Positions 27,457 to 36,462 of a stretch of DNA of 64,000 nt are shown here, piece after piece. The DNA is taken from NCBI GenBank assembly GCA_024405015.1, contig JAKSPE010000005.1, positions 36,149 through 100,148 on the forward strand, given 5' to 3'. Source of the DNA: Sphaerochaetaceae bacterium. Lineage in GTDB: Bacteria; Spirochaetota; Spirochaetia; Sphaerochaetales; Sphaerochaetaceae. The stretch's first letter is position 1, and each line of letters starts with the position of its first letter. Made by a program: the position numbers and the translations under genes. The notes beneath the pieces were generated by a model. The model searched no databases. It saw nothing but the letters and a program-made list of their open reading frames with translations, and was not told where the DNA came from.

Positions 27457-27484
27457 AAAATAATGAAACCTTGTTTCATTTTAG
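27457..27484. promoter_or_regulatory. KdgR-box-like palindrome upstream of uxaA
   Basis: AATGAAAC-CTT-GTTTCATT at 27462-27480 is a perfect 8-bp inverted repeat. It resembles the published KdgR consensus AAATGAAACAnTGTTTCATTT and lies about 50-65 nt upstream of the uxaA start. Confidence 0.5.
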
Positions 27485-27588
27485 AGATAGTGGGCCTGAT
27501 TGTCAAAGACTAAACAGTCCTTAACTATATTATTGGGGTGGATTTTGAGGATTTTTCCTTTCTTTTTTTGGACAGAACTTACCTTGAC

Positions 27589-28236
27589 TTAGAAGAGACC
27601 TTCGATTTCTTCGATCTTGGCAATCAGAAGATTCTCATCAACACCTGTGGCCAGAAGCATCTCTTTGGACCTGGAGCCCCATGTGAGAATCCTGTAATCG
27701 GCATTGGCGTTGCGGGCAGTCCTATAGTCCACATCACTGTCGCCGACGTAGAGAATGTCTGTCATTGTAAGACCAAGTTGGTCGCAGAAGGCATGCACTG
27801 CCTGGGCTGATGGCTTTGGTTCATATTTGCCGTGCCAGCCGGCTTCAAAGCAGAAATCGATGTCCGGAAAACAGATGGAAAGTACAGTCTCCACGAGGTC
27901 CTGATCCTTGTTGGAGTAGACGCCAAGGGCGATGCCTTTGCTCTGAAGTCTTCGCAGAAGGTCATGCACGCCAGGATAAGGTTTGGTGTAGCGCACCGGA
28001 ACCTGTCGGTAGGCTACATCAAGGCGTTTTTTCGCTGCATCCACAGCCTCGTCAGACGTTTCAAAACCAAGCTCCTTCATGGCATTGATGACGGCGTTTC
28101 TCAGACCATGACCGATGAATCGGTTAACCTGTTCATAGGTGAAAGTCGTGCCTAAGGCTGTGCCAAGGGCAAGACCGATGTCATTGGAGGTATCAAGGAT
28201 TGTTCCGTCAAGATCAAATAAGACTGCTTTCTTCAT
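27589..28236 (-). CDS. HAD family hydrolase (phosphoglycolate phosphatase-like)
   Basis: FDLDGTILDT motif I, S.K and GDSD.D motifs. Confidence 0.8.
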   Translation of the reverse strand: MKKAVLFDLDGTILDTSNDIGLALGTALGTTFTYEQVNRFIGHGLRNAVINAMKELGFETSDEAVDAAKKRLDVAYRQVPVRYTKPYPGVHDLLRRLQSKGIALGVYSNKDQDLVETVLSICFPDIDFCFEAGWHGKYEPKPSAQAVHAFCDQLGLTMTDILYVGDSDVDYRTARNANADYRILTWGSRSKEMLLATGVDENLLIAKIEEIEGLF

Positions 28237-28367
28237 GCCTTGGATTATAGCCGCTAGAGGAATTTGAATACAGATGGTTTGCCTGGAAAGCGAATTGTTT
28301 TCAAAAACAATTCTGTTGCATCCTGTTGCAGATGTGAAGTAGAATCCAATCAGATAAGAGGTTAGAC

Positions 28368-29393
28368 ATGAAGCTGCTCAGAACTCAGGATGCTGTAGGA
28401 CAGGTACTCTGCCACGACATCACACAGATCATCAAAGGCGAAAAGAAAGGACCGGTGTTCCGAAAGGGTCACATCATCACAGAAGAGGACATTCCTGTGC
28501 TTCTGAGCGTGGGAAAGGACCATGTCTACATCTGGGAAAACGATGAGAACACGCTTCATGAGAACGATGCGGCAGAGATTCTGAGACAGATTTGTCAGGG
28601 TGAGAACCTCACTTCCACAGCACCAAAAGAGGGGAAGATCGAACTTGTGGCCTCCTGTGACGGTATGCTGAAAATCAATGTGGAGGCACTTCGCCGTCTG
28701 AACTCCTATGGCCAGATCATGTGTGCGACACTCCCTTCGGGCTTTACCGTCAAACAGGGACAGCACGTCGCAGGTACCAGAATCATTCCCCTTGTGATCG
28801 AGAAAGCCAAGATGGATCAGGCAAAGGCCGACGCAGGTGATGTGAAGATCGTCAATGTGCTGCCGTACAAGCCAAAGAAGGTTGCCGTCATCACTACCGG
28901 AAACGAGGTCTACTACGGCAGAATCAAGGATACCTTCACCGATGTTATCGTCGCAAAACTTGCAGAATACAATTCCGAAATGGTTTATCACGCAATCTGC
29001 AATGACGATGACAAGATGATCACCGGTGAAATCAATAAGGCTCTTTCGTTGGGGGTTGATATGGTCATCTGCACCGGTGGCATGAGTGTGGACCCGGACG
29101 ACAAGACGCCACTTGCCATCAAAAACAGTGGTGCCAATATCGTTTCCTATGGCTCACCAGTTCTTCCTGGTGCCATGCTGTTGGTCTCTTACATGGAAAA
29201 CGGTATTCCAGTACTTGGTCTTCCAGGTTGTGTCATGTATGCAAGAAGAACCGTCTTTGACCTGATTCTTCCGTATCTTTTCACAGATACGCCGATTACG
29301 GCAGATCATCTGGCAGGACTTGGTCATGGGGGATATTGCAGAAACTGTGAAGTCTGCTCCTTCCCGAACTGTTCTTTTGGCAAAGGCTACTGA
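28368..29393 (+). CDS. molybdopterin-binding (MoCF_biosynth domain) protein
   Basis: N-terminal segment LRTQDAVGQVLCHDIT and a central TTGNE......D MoCF-type domain. It lies next to mog/modABC. Confidence 0.7.
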   Translation: MKLLRTQDAVGQVLCHDITQIIKGEKKGPVFRKGHIITEEDIPVLLSVGKDHVYIWENDENTLHENDAAEILRQICQGENLTSTAPKEGKIELVASCDGMLKINVEALRRLNSYGQIMCATLPSGFTVKQGQHVAGTRIIPLVIEKAKMDQAKADAGDVKIVNVLPYKPKKVAVITTGNEVYYGRIKDTFTDVIVAKLAEYNSEMVYHAICNDDDKMITGEINKALSLGVDMVICTGGMSVDPDDKTPLAIKNSGANIVSYGSPVLPGAMLLVSYMENGIPVLGLPGCVMYARRTVFDLILPYLFTDTPITADHLAGLGHGGYCRNCEVCSFPNCSFGKGY

Positions 29394-29462
29394 TAAGGAA
29401 GGTGCTTTCGAGCAAATACTGTGTCGCGCACTCGAGCTGAAAAGGAAAAGGAGTTTTGGAAA

Positions 29463-29957
29463 ATGCGAATTGTTTTCATAAACATGTCGGATAGATGCTA
29501 TCGGGGAGAGGCTGTGGACCTCAGTGGAGACAAGGCTGTCCAACTGATGCAGGATGCAGGCTTTCCGATTACGGAGCGCCATACCTTGCCAGATGAGAAA
29601 TCTATGCTGGAAGAGCTTCTTATCCGTCTTTGCGACGAAGGTTCCGATCTGATTCTTACAAGCGGTGGTACAGGCCTTTCCCCTCGCGACATCACTCCGG
29701 AAGCTACACTGGCAGTGGCGGACAGGCAGATTCCAGGCATTTGTGAGGCAATGCGTGCAGAGGGACTCAATCACAAGCCAAGCGCAATGCTTTCAAGGGC
29801 TGTTGCCGTTCAGCGGGGTAAGACCGTGATTGTCAACCTTCCGGGAAGTACAAAGGCTGTCGAGGAGAATCTTGGTGTTCTGATTCCTGCCTTGGACCAT
29901 ATGTTTCACATGGTGTCTGGGGAAGGCCATAGCCATGAAGCATATCTAAAGAGGTGA
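29463..29957 (+). CDS. MogA/MoaB family molybdenum cofactor biosynthesis protein
   Basis: D.SG......L......D..ILTSGGTG.SPRD.TPEA...NLPGS motifs. The start is set at MRIVFI. Confidence 0.8.
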   Translation: MRIVFINMSDRCYRGEAVDLSGDKAVQLMQDAGFPITERHTLPDEKSMLEELLIRLCDEGSDLILTSGGTGLSPRDITPEATLAVADRQIPGICEAMRAEGLNHKPSAMLSRAVAVQRGKTVIVNLPGSTKAVEENLGVLIPALDHMFHMVSGEGHSHEAYLKR

Positions 29958-29971
29958 AAGGAGTCTGAAAG

Positions 29972-30760
29972 ATGAAAAGAATCACTGCAGTTTTGTTGGT
30001 TTTCGTTTCCATTTTCGCACTTTTCGCACAGGCTGCCACTGAGGGAAGGACCAATCCGACAGATCTCATTGTCTTTGCTGCGGCCTCCATGACTGAGACG
30101 ATGACAACGATCAAGGGGCTTTATGAGGCTTTGAATCCGAATGTGAACATCATCTACAACTTTGATTCTTCCGGAACACTCAAGACACAGATCGAAAACG
30201 GAGCCGACTGTGACATCTTCATCTCGGCAGCAGTCAAGCAGATGAATGCTCTTACAGATCTTGGTATGGTTGATGCAGATACCCGAGTTGACCTTCTAGA
30301 GAACAGGACAACCTTGGCAGTACCAGCAGGAAACCCAAAGGGAATCACCGGTTTTGACCAGCTTGCAGAGCTTCTTGAACAGGGGAATGTGTTCCTTGCA
30401 GTCGGCAATTCAGATGTTCCTGTCGGACAGTATACACAGAAGATTTTTGCATACTATGGCATTGATGAGGCTGCGATTACAAAATGCCTGACCTATGGAT
30501 CCAACGTAAAGGAAGTCACAACACAGGTGGGTGCCGCTTCTGTTGACTGCGGAATCATCTATGCCACTGATGCATTCAGTGCGGGCCTTACGGTTGTTGA
30601 CACAGCAACATCGGAAATGACGGGTGGTAGGGTGATCTATCCTGCAGCCATTCTCAATGCAAGTAAGAATCTTGATGCCGCACAGGCCTTTCTGGAATAC
30701 CTGAAGGATACTGACGCCATGGCTGTGTTCGAGTCTGTCGGTTTTGCAAAGGCCCTATGA
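29972..30760 (+). CDS. modA: molybdate ABC transporter substrate-binding protein
   Basis: Signal peptide, then FAAAS......Y..SG.L..QIE.GA..D.F.SA, which is ModA-like. Confidence 0.85.
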   Translation: MKRITAVLLVFVSIFALFAQAATEGRTNPTDLIVFAAASMTETMTTIKGLYEALNPNVNIIYNFDSSGTLKTQIENGADCDIFISAAVKQMNALTDLGMVDADTRVDLLENRTTLAVPAGNPKGITGFDQLAELLEQGNVFLAVGNSDVPVGQYTQKIFAYYGIDEAAITKCLTYGSNVKEVTTQVGAASVDCGIIYATDAFSAGLTVVDTATSEMTGGRVIYPAAILNASKNLDAAQAFLEYLKDTDAMAVFESVGFAKAL

Positions 30761-30802
30761 TTGGGGTTATGCGAAAGCCGCATTTCATGCTTTAATTGTG
30801 TC

Positions 30803-31462
30803 ATGGACCTGTATCCGCTCTACAACTCGCTGAGAATCGCATTCTTCAGCACAATCATCATATTCTTCTCGGGGATCTTCTTTGCCTACTATGTGGCAAA
30901 GCTGCCAAGGCTTGTGAAAGGCATCTTGGATGTTGTGCTGACCCTTCCGTTGGTTCTTCCTCCAACGGTAGTCGGATATTTTCTGATTCTGGTTTTCGGC
31001 GTTCGTACCCCAATCGGAGGTTTTCTCAACCGATTGGGCATCCGGGTTGTCATGACCTGGTATGGTGGAATCCTTGCTGCCAGTGTGGTTGCGTTTCCGC
31101 TTATGTACCGCACCGCACGTGGTGCCTTTGAGGCCTTCGATGAGAATCTGTCCCATGCAGGTAAGACCTTGGGACTTTCCAATTCCTACGTCTTCTGGCA
31201 CATCCGTATGCCAGCTTGTCGAGATGGAATCATTGCCGGGGTGGTCCTTTCCTTCGCTCGTGCTCTGGGTGAGTATGGTGCCACTAGCATGCTCATCGGT
31301 TATACACCTGGAAGAACAGCGACGATCTCAACAACCGTGTACCAGCTTTGGAGAATCAACGATGAGAGATCTGCATTCATCTGGGTACTGGTCAACCTCG
31401 CAATCTCTGCAGTGGTTCTTTTGGCTGTGAACCTCCTTGAGGACAAAAGGAGGAGAAGATGA
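30803..31462 (+). CDS. modB: molybdate ABC transporter permease
   Basis: LPLVLPPTV.GY and the EAA-loop-like A..LG.S....F motifs. Start at MDLYPLY. Confidence 0.85.
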   Translation: MDLYPLYNSLRIAFFSTIIIFFSGIFFAYYVAKLPRLVKGILDVVLTLPLVLPPTVVGYFLILVFGVRTPIGGFLNRLGIRVVMTWYGGILAASVVAFPLMYRTARGAFEAFDENLSHAGKTLGLSNSYVFWHIRMPACRDGIIAGVVLSFARALGEYGATSMLIGYTPGRTATISTTVYQLWRINDERSAFIWVLVNLAISAVVLLAVNLLEDKRRRR

Positions 31463-32202
31463 GTCTTTGTGTGGACATCAGAAAGGATTTCGGCAATTTC
31501 AGTTTGGCTGTGAACTTTGAGACACAGGACCTGATCACAGGTCTTTTGGGTGCATCCGGCGCTGGAAAGAGCCTGACTCTCAAGTGCATCGCAGGCATAG
31601 AGAGACCGGACAGTGGCAGAATCGTGTTGAATGGTCGTGTGCTGTTCGATTCCCAAAAGGGCATAGACCTTAGGGTTCAGGATCGCAAGGTCGGATATCT
31701 GTTTCAGAACTATGCCCTGTTTCCGACAATGAGCGTGAAAAAGAATATCCTTGTAGGTCTTCACAACGAGAAGGACAAATCCGTGAAGGAAACCCTCTAC
31801 AACCAGGTCGTTGCAATGCTGCATCTCGAGGAAATCCAGGACCAAAGACCTGCAACCTTGTCTGGCGGACAGGCTCAGCGCGTGGCTCTTGCCAGAATCC
31901 TTGTGAACCGACCTGATGTGATTTTGCTGGATGAGCCGTTCTCCGCTTTGGATTCGGATCTGAAGGCGGAACTGGAGCCTCAGCTTCTGGACCTCCTGAA
32001 AGATTATGGCAAACCGGTTGTCATGGTTACCCATAATAGGGACGAGGCGTCGTTTCTGTGCAGTCATGTGGCAACCATCCAGGACGGCAGGATTACCGCC
32101 TTCGGCAAGACCGATGACCTGATTGATATCGGTCTTCGTGGCAATCTGACCCGGGAGGATCTGAAAGTTCTGCTTTCAGCCTTCTACAAACAGATGCTTT
32201 GA
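31459..32202 (+). CDS. modC: molybdate/sulfate-type ABC transporter ATP-binding protein (no C-terminal Mop/TOBE domain)
   Basis: GASGAGKS Walker A, LSGGQAQRVALAR signature and LLDEPFSALD Walker B. It overlaps the modB stop. Confidence 0.75.
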   Translation: MSLCVDIRKDFGNFSLAVNFETQDLITGLLGASGAGKSLTLKCIAGIERPDSGRIVLNGRVLFDSQKGIDLRVQDRKVGYLFQNYALFPTMSVKKNILVGLHNEKDKSVKETLYNQVVAMLHLEEIQDQRPATLSGGQAQRVALARILVNRPDVILLDEPFSALDSDLKAELEPQLLDLLKDYGKPVVMVTHNRDEASFLCSHVATIQDGRITAFGKTDDLIDIGLRGNLTREDLKVLLSAFYKQML

Positions 32203-32256
32203 TTGCGCTTTCATGAATGCAATTTTATGCTATCATAGCAATAAGGAGCAAAAGAG

Positions 32257-32871
32257 ATGGAATACAGTAGCGTCAATCTGGAACTTCAGCAGGTACCATA
32301 CAAGGATTTCACCAGCTATGATGCACAGTCTATCGCCGACAAGTTCAGACAGGTCATTGAGGGTGAAGGCCCTGTCGTCGATGATTTTCTGGAACTCAAG
32401 GTTCTCAAGTCGTATTCGATTTTCCAACGAGGCAGTCTGATTGCTCCATTCTTGCGTGGAATTCTCCTTTCCTTGTGCGCTGTGACCACCGTCCAGCTGG
32501 ACTGTGACGGGCAGGAGCATTTTGTGTTCTGGCCTGAACGTTTTCGCGGCCATGAATCTGAGATTGAAGCTCTGTCATTTCCGGAATTCGCAGAGTACCG
32601 AACCTCCGGCCAGAAAGAGGAATTGGAGGATGGATGCTTTCGCTCCATCGCAGACTATCCGCAGCTTGAGATCTTCAATGCCATGAAAGAGCAGCTTTCC
32701 AGCGGTGAGCCTGTCGACCGGGAAGAGCTTCTGACTCTCACAAACCACGCACTTGGCTTTCTGGTCAAAGGTCGTCAGATTCGTGAAACCTTGGAGATGG
32801 TTCTCAAAGCCGGTGTCGCCAATGGGGCTTTTGTGTATAACCGCCGTGGCAGAACCATCAGGCTCAGATAG
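32257..32871 (+). CDS. stand-alone DUF3320-like protein
   Basis: The 204-aa sequence (EGPVVDDFL...R) resembles the C-terminal DUF3320 module of very large helicase-related proteins. This is by-eye recognition only. Confidence 0.5.
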   Translation: MEYSSVNLELQQVPYKDFTSYDAQSIADKFRQVIEGEGPVVDDFLELKVLKSYSIFQRGSLIAPFLRGILLSLCAVTTVQLDCDGQEHFVFWPERFRGHESEIEALSFPEFAEYRTSGQKEELEDGCFRSIADYPQLEIFNAMKEQLSSGEPVDREELLTLTNHALGFLVKGRQIRETLEMVLKAGVANGAFVYNRRGRTIRLR

Positions 32872-32882
32872 GGTGGATTGCT

Positions 32883-33827
32883 ATGAACTTTCTTCACATG
32901 AAATATGCGGTGTCCGTTGCGGAGACCCAGTCACTGAACAAATCAGCCTTGCTTCTCAATGTCGGCCAGCCAAATCTCAGTAGAGCCATCAAAGAGCTTG
33001 AGTCCAACCTCGGTGTTGTGCTCTTTGAGCGAAGTCCACGAGGCATGACACTCACCCCAGAGGGTGCACAGTTTGTTCAGTATGCTCGCTCGATTCTGAA
33101 GCAGGTCGAACAGGTAGAGGATGCCATGAAAAGCAAGAAGGCTCCTAAGAAAACCTTCTCTGTAGCAGTCCCTAGAGCCAGTTACATGTGCGATGCCTTT
33201 ACCCGCTTTGTCAATGACATCCCAGCCGATGAGGAGATTGACCTCTTTTATCGAGAGACCAATGCGGCCAGGGCCATTCGAAACATCATCCGTGACGATT
33301 ATCAGATGTGTATCCTGCGTTATGCGAAGAACTATGACCAGTATTACAAGGACATGATCAAGGAAAACGGCCTTACCTATGAGGTGATCGCCGAGTTCCG
33401 CTATGTGCTGATGATGAGTCGCGACTGTCCACTAGCACGCCAGAGCTCCATCAAGTACAGTGACCTTTCGTATTACACCGAAATTGCCCATGCCGACCCA
33501 TATGTTCCGTCACTTCCGTTCTCGGTGGTCCAGAAGGACGAGCTTCCGAACAACACCAAACAGCGTGTCTTCGTCTTTGAGCGTGGAAGTCAGATGGAGC
33601 TTCTCAGCCAGAACACAGAATGCTTCATGTGGGTATCGCCAAGTCCTCAGTATATGCTTGATAGGTATAACCTCGTGCAGATTCCGTGCGCAGAAAATAA
33701 TAGGATTTATCGCGATGTATTAGTGTACAGAAACGATTATCTTCTGACGAAATACGACAGAATGTTCATTTCTCGACTAAATGAGGTAAAAAAGGAGATT
33801 ATTGACCCATTTTCTCCTTTAAATTGA
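32883..33827 (+). CDS. LysR family transcriptional regulator
   Basis: MNFLHMKYAVSVAETQSLNKSALLLNVGQPNLSRAIKELE is the LysR HTH. Confidence 0.85.
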   Translation: MNFLHMKYAVSVAETQSLNKSALLLNVGQPNLSRAIKELESNLGVVLFERSPRGMTLTPEGAQFVQYARSILKQVEQVEDAMKSKKAPKKTFSVAVPRASYMCDAFTRFVNDIPADEEIDLFYRETNAARAIRNIIRDDYQMCILRYAKNYDQYYKDMIKENGLTYEVIAEFRYVLMMSRDCPLARQSSIKYSDLSYYTEIAHADPYVPSLPFSVVQKDELPNNTKQRVFVFERGSQMELLSQNTECFMWVSPSPQYMLDRYNLVQIPCAENNRIYRDVLVYRNDYLLTKYDRMFISRLNEVKKEIIDPFSPLN

Positions 33828-34044
33828 CCAGTTTTCACATAAATGGAAATTGCCTATCTCATTGTATGTAAATAAGTTGTATCAAAATAAATATGGTATG
33901 CAATTTTGATATAACATAATGAAAAACTCGTATTTCACAAATCTCTCCATTTTTGATACACCTTAAGCAGGACAAATAAATCCTTCAGACGCAAGAATGT
34001 GTCGATGAATCGATTATAAGTTCCCTTTTGTTTTTTTGCCTTTT

Positions 34045-34076
34045 CGGATCCTGCAATATCGGGATCCGTTTTTTTA
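34045..34076 (+). terminator. orphan rho-independent terminator in a 345-nt intergenic region
   Basis: CGGATCC-TGCAATATCG-GGATCCG followed by TTTTTTT. It lies about 220 nt downstream of the LysR stop. Confidence 0.6.
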
Positions 34077-34104
34077 TTCGAGGTCCTCATAGATTGTCAT
34101 GTGT

Positions 34105-34159
34105 GCGGAATAAAGTCGGAATAAAGGTCGGTATAAATTGACATTTGGGTCGGTATAAG
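34105..34159 (+). repeat. four direct repeats of G(T)CGGWATAA upstream of the AlbA_2 gene
   Basis: GCGGAATAAA 34105-34114, GTCGGAATAAA 34115-34125, GGTCGGTATAAA 34126-34137 and GGTCGGTATAAG 34148-34159. Confidence 0.65.
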
Positions 34160-34172
34160 TTATTCTTGATGC

Positions 34173-35588
34173 ATGACTGAAGAACAGATTTCAAAAATGC
34201 TATCCTTGGGTGAATCCTCTACCGTTGAATTCAAGCGTTGCGGTAATGGCTTTGAGGCCGATACCTATGAGACCGTGTGCTCATTTTCCAACCGATTCGG
34301 TGGTACCATCTTGTGTGGTGTGCAGGATGATGGAACTGTCATCGGACTTCCTGATTCCAATACCACTAGCATGGTTCGCAATTTCATTACCGTGCTTTCC
34401 AATCCGAATCTGTTTCAGCCGACCTTGGCTCTTGATCCTGAAGTGATCTTCTACAAGGGTAAGACCATCATCGCTATTCATGTGCCGGTTTCTGCGGAGG
34501 TCCATTCCTATAAGCATGTCGTCTATGACAGGGTGGGAGACTGCGACATCCGTAGCGTCTCAACATCGAATCTTGCTGACATGTATATCCGAAAACGAAA
34601 CGTTTTCACGGAGCAGAAGATCTATGAATATGTTGGCCTGGAGGATCTCAGACCTGATCTGATTTCCCTTTGCCGAAAAAGGGCTGTCAACAAACGCTCT
34701 GACCATCCATGGAAAAACCTTGATGATCTGGAGCTTCTCAAGAGCGCCAGACTGTATGCAAAGGACTATGAGACCGGAAAGCAAGGCCTTAACCTTGCTG
34801 CAGTTCTTCTTTTGGGTAGGGATGAAGTAATCGGTTCCATCTGTCCTGCATACAAGACCGATGCCATTCTTCGCAAGTACAATGTTGACCGCTATGACGA
34901 CCGGGAAACCATAAGCACGAATCTTATTGATAGCTATGATCGGCTGATTGCATTCTCCCATAAGCATCTTTGGGACAAGTTCTGCCTGGAGAATGACCAA
35001 ACCATAAGTCTTAGGGACATTATCGTCAGGGAAATGGTATCCAACATCCTGATCCATCGAGAGTACTCAAGCACATTCGTCGCTAGGTTTGTCATTGAGA
35101 ATACTCACATGTACACGGAAAACGCATGCAGGGCTACAAGACAGGAGCAATTGACTCCAGAAAACCTGGTTCCTGTTTCAAAGAATCCTATCATTGCATC
35201 GTTCTTCTCCACCATCGGAAATGCTGATGAACTTGGCTCGGGAACAAGGAATCTGTTCAAGTATTCCAAACTGTACTCCGGAAAGTGCCCAACCATGATG
35301 GAAGACGATATCTTCAAGTTGGATGTGCCACTTGATGATTCCTATTCCTATGCAATTGGCAGACAAGGTGGCAGTTTTGTTGGAGAAAAGGCCCCTGCAT
35401 ATTTGACCAGCAACCAGCGAAAAATCGTTGCGGCAATGGCATCCGATGGCTCTGTTACAGCGGCAAGGCTTTCTGAGATTGTTGGAATCTCCACCCGCAA
35501 GGTCGAGGAGAACATAAGGACTTTAAGGGAATCAGGCATCATCCGACGCGAAGGTTCCAATAAGAGTGGTAGGTGGGTGGTCCTGTAG
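34173..35588 (+). CDS. AlbA_2 (Schlafen-like) DNA-binding domain plus HATPase_c_4 plus C-terminal wHTH protein (RecG-like putative regulator)
   Basis: ESSTVEFKR... is the AlbA_2 N-terminus. The middle region REMVSNILIHREY is HATPase_c_4-like, and the C-terminus has a wHTH (IVGISTRKVEENIRTLRESGII). Confidence 0.75.
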   Translation: MTEEQISKMLSLGESSTVEFKRCGNGFEADTYETVCSFSNRFGGTILCGVQDDGTVIGLPDSNTTSMVRNFITVLSNPNLFQPTLALDPEVIFYKGKTIIAIHVPVSAEVHSYKHVVYDRVGDCDIRSVSTSNLADMYIRKRNVFTEQKIYEYVGLEDLRPDLISLCRKRAVNKRSDHPWKNLDDLELLKSARLYAKDYETGKQGLNLAAVLLLGRDEVIGSICPAYKTDAILRKYNVDRYDDRETISTNLIDSYDRLIAFSHKHLWDKFCLENDQTISLRDIIVREMVSNILIHREYSSTFVARFVIENTHMYTENACRATRQEQLTPENLVPVSKNPIIASFFSTIGNADELGSGTRNLFKYSKLYSGKCPTMMEDDIFKLDVPLDDSYSYAIGRQGGSFVGEKAPAYLTSNQRKIVAAMASDGSVTAARLSEIVGISTRKVEENIRTLRESGIIRREGSNKSGRWVVL

Positions 35589-35702
35589 TCGAACGTGGCT
35601 CAAGTTTCTGAGCAGGTGCGCTTTATCACATCTTATCGATGCGAATAAAAAAACCGCACCTGGAAGATTCCTGATGCGGTTTCTCATATTGCTTTTTTGT
35701 GA

Positions 35703-36014
35703 TTACAGCTCAATCAGAATATGAGCGGCTACCAAAATGGCGATCTGAAGGATTGCCATGACAGGGAAGAAGAGGGCGAAGTACCAGTGCTTGGTCTTGT
35801 GTCTCTTCAGATACATGCCAAGGCATCCGCCGATTCCACCGAAAAGACCTGTCATGAGAAACAGCTTCTTCTCTGGGACTCTTGTCTCTGGGTGGCAATG
35901 GCCCTTGTCTTTCTGTGCCTGCTTCTTGTCATGTGCCATCCAGCAGAAGGCATTGATGTTCATGATCAGAAGAACAGCTGCAATCACGAGGTTTACAATC
36001 ATTTTTGTCTCCAT
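35703..36014 (-). CDS. DUF1294 family membrane protein
   Basis: AHDKKQAQKDK....RVPEK.L......GG.GG..GMY..RHKTKH is DUF1294-like. Confidence 0.75.
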   Translation of the reverse strand: METKMIVNLVIAAVLLIMNINAFCWMAHDKKQAQKDKGHCHPETRVPEKKLFLMTGLFGGIGGCLGMYLKRHKTKHWYFALFFPVMAILQIAILVAAHILIEL

Positions 36015-36112
36015 ATTACAACTCCTGCACTGAATCTATCACATTTGCAAAACACATGGCTAGAAGTCTTTTCGCTATTGACGGAAAAACGGATTTTGAT
36101 TAGTTTTACAAT

Positions 36113-36129
36113 ATACCCCCAGGGGGTAT
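36113..36129. promoter_or_regulatory. CsoR operator (GC-tract palindrome)
   Basis: ATACCCCC-A-GGGGGTAT is a perfect inverted repeat 23 nt upstream of the csoR start. It matches the known CsoR-type TACCC...GGGTA operator pattern. Confidence 0.7.
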
Positions 36130-36151
36130 CTGATATGTGATGGGAGGCAGT

Positions 36152-36460
36152 ATGCCGGAAACATGTTGCTGCTGCAGCAGTGAAAAGACGACAACCAGAA
36201 CCGACGACCAGAAAAAGCTTCTGGTCAACAGGCTCAAACGCATAGAAGGCCAAATCCGTGGCATCCAGACAATGGTCCAGGACGATGCTTATTGCAACGA
36301 TATTCTCGTGCAGGCGGCAGCAGTCAGTGCCGCACTCAACTCCTTTTCCAAAGAGGTGCTTGGTGCACACATCCACGGTTGTGTGGCAAGGGATATCCGC
36401 GACGGCAAGGATGAGGTCATTGACGAGCTTATGACGACCATCCAGAAACTGATGAGGTGA
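36152..36460 (+). CDS. csoR: CsoR family metal-sensing transcriptional repressor
   Basis: L..RL.RIEGQ.RGI..M......C.DIL.Q..AV..AL motif (DUF156). GGGAGG lies upstream of ATG 36152. Confidence 0.85.
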   Translation: MPETCCCCSSEKTTTRTDDQKKLLVNRLKRIEGQIRGIQTMVQDDAYCNDILVQAAAVSAALNSFSKEVLGAHIHGCVARDIRDGKDEVIDELMTTIQKLMR

Positions 36461-36462
36461 AT

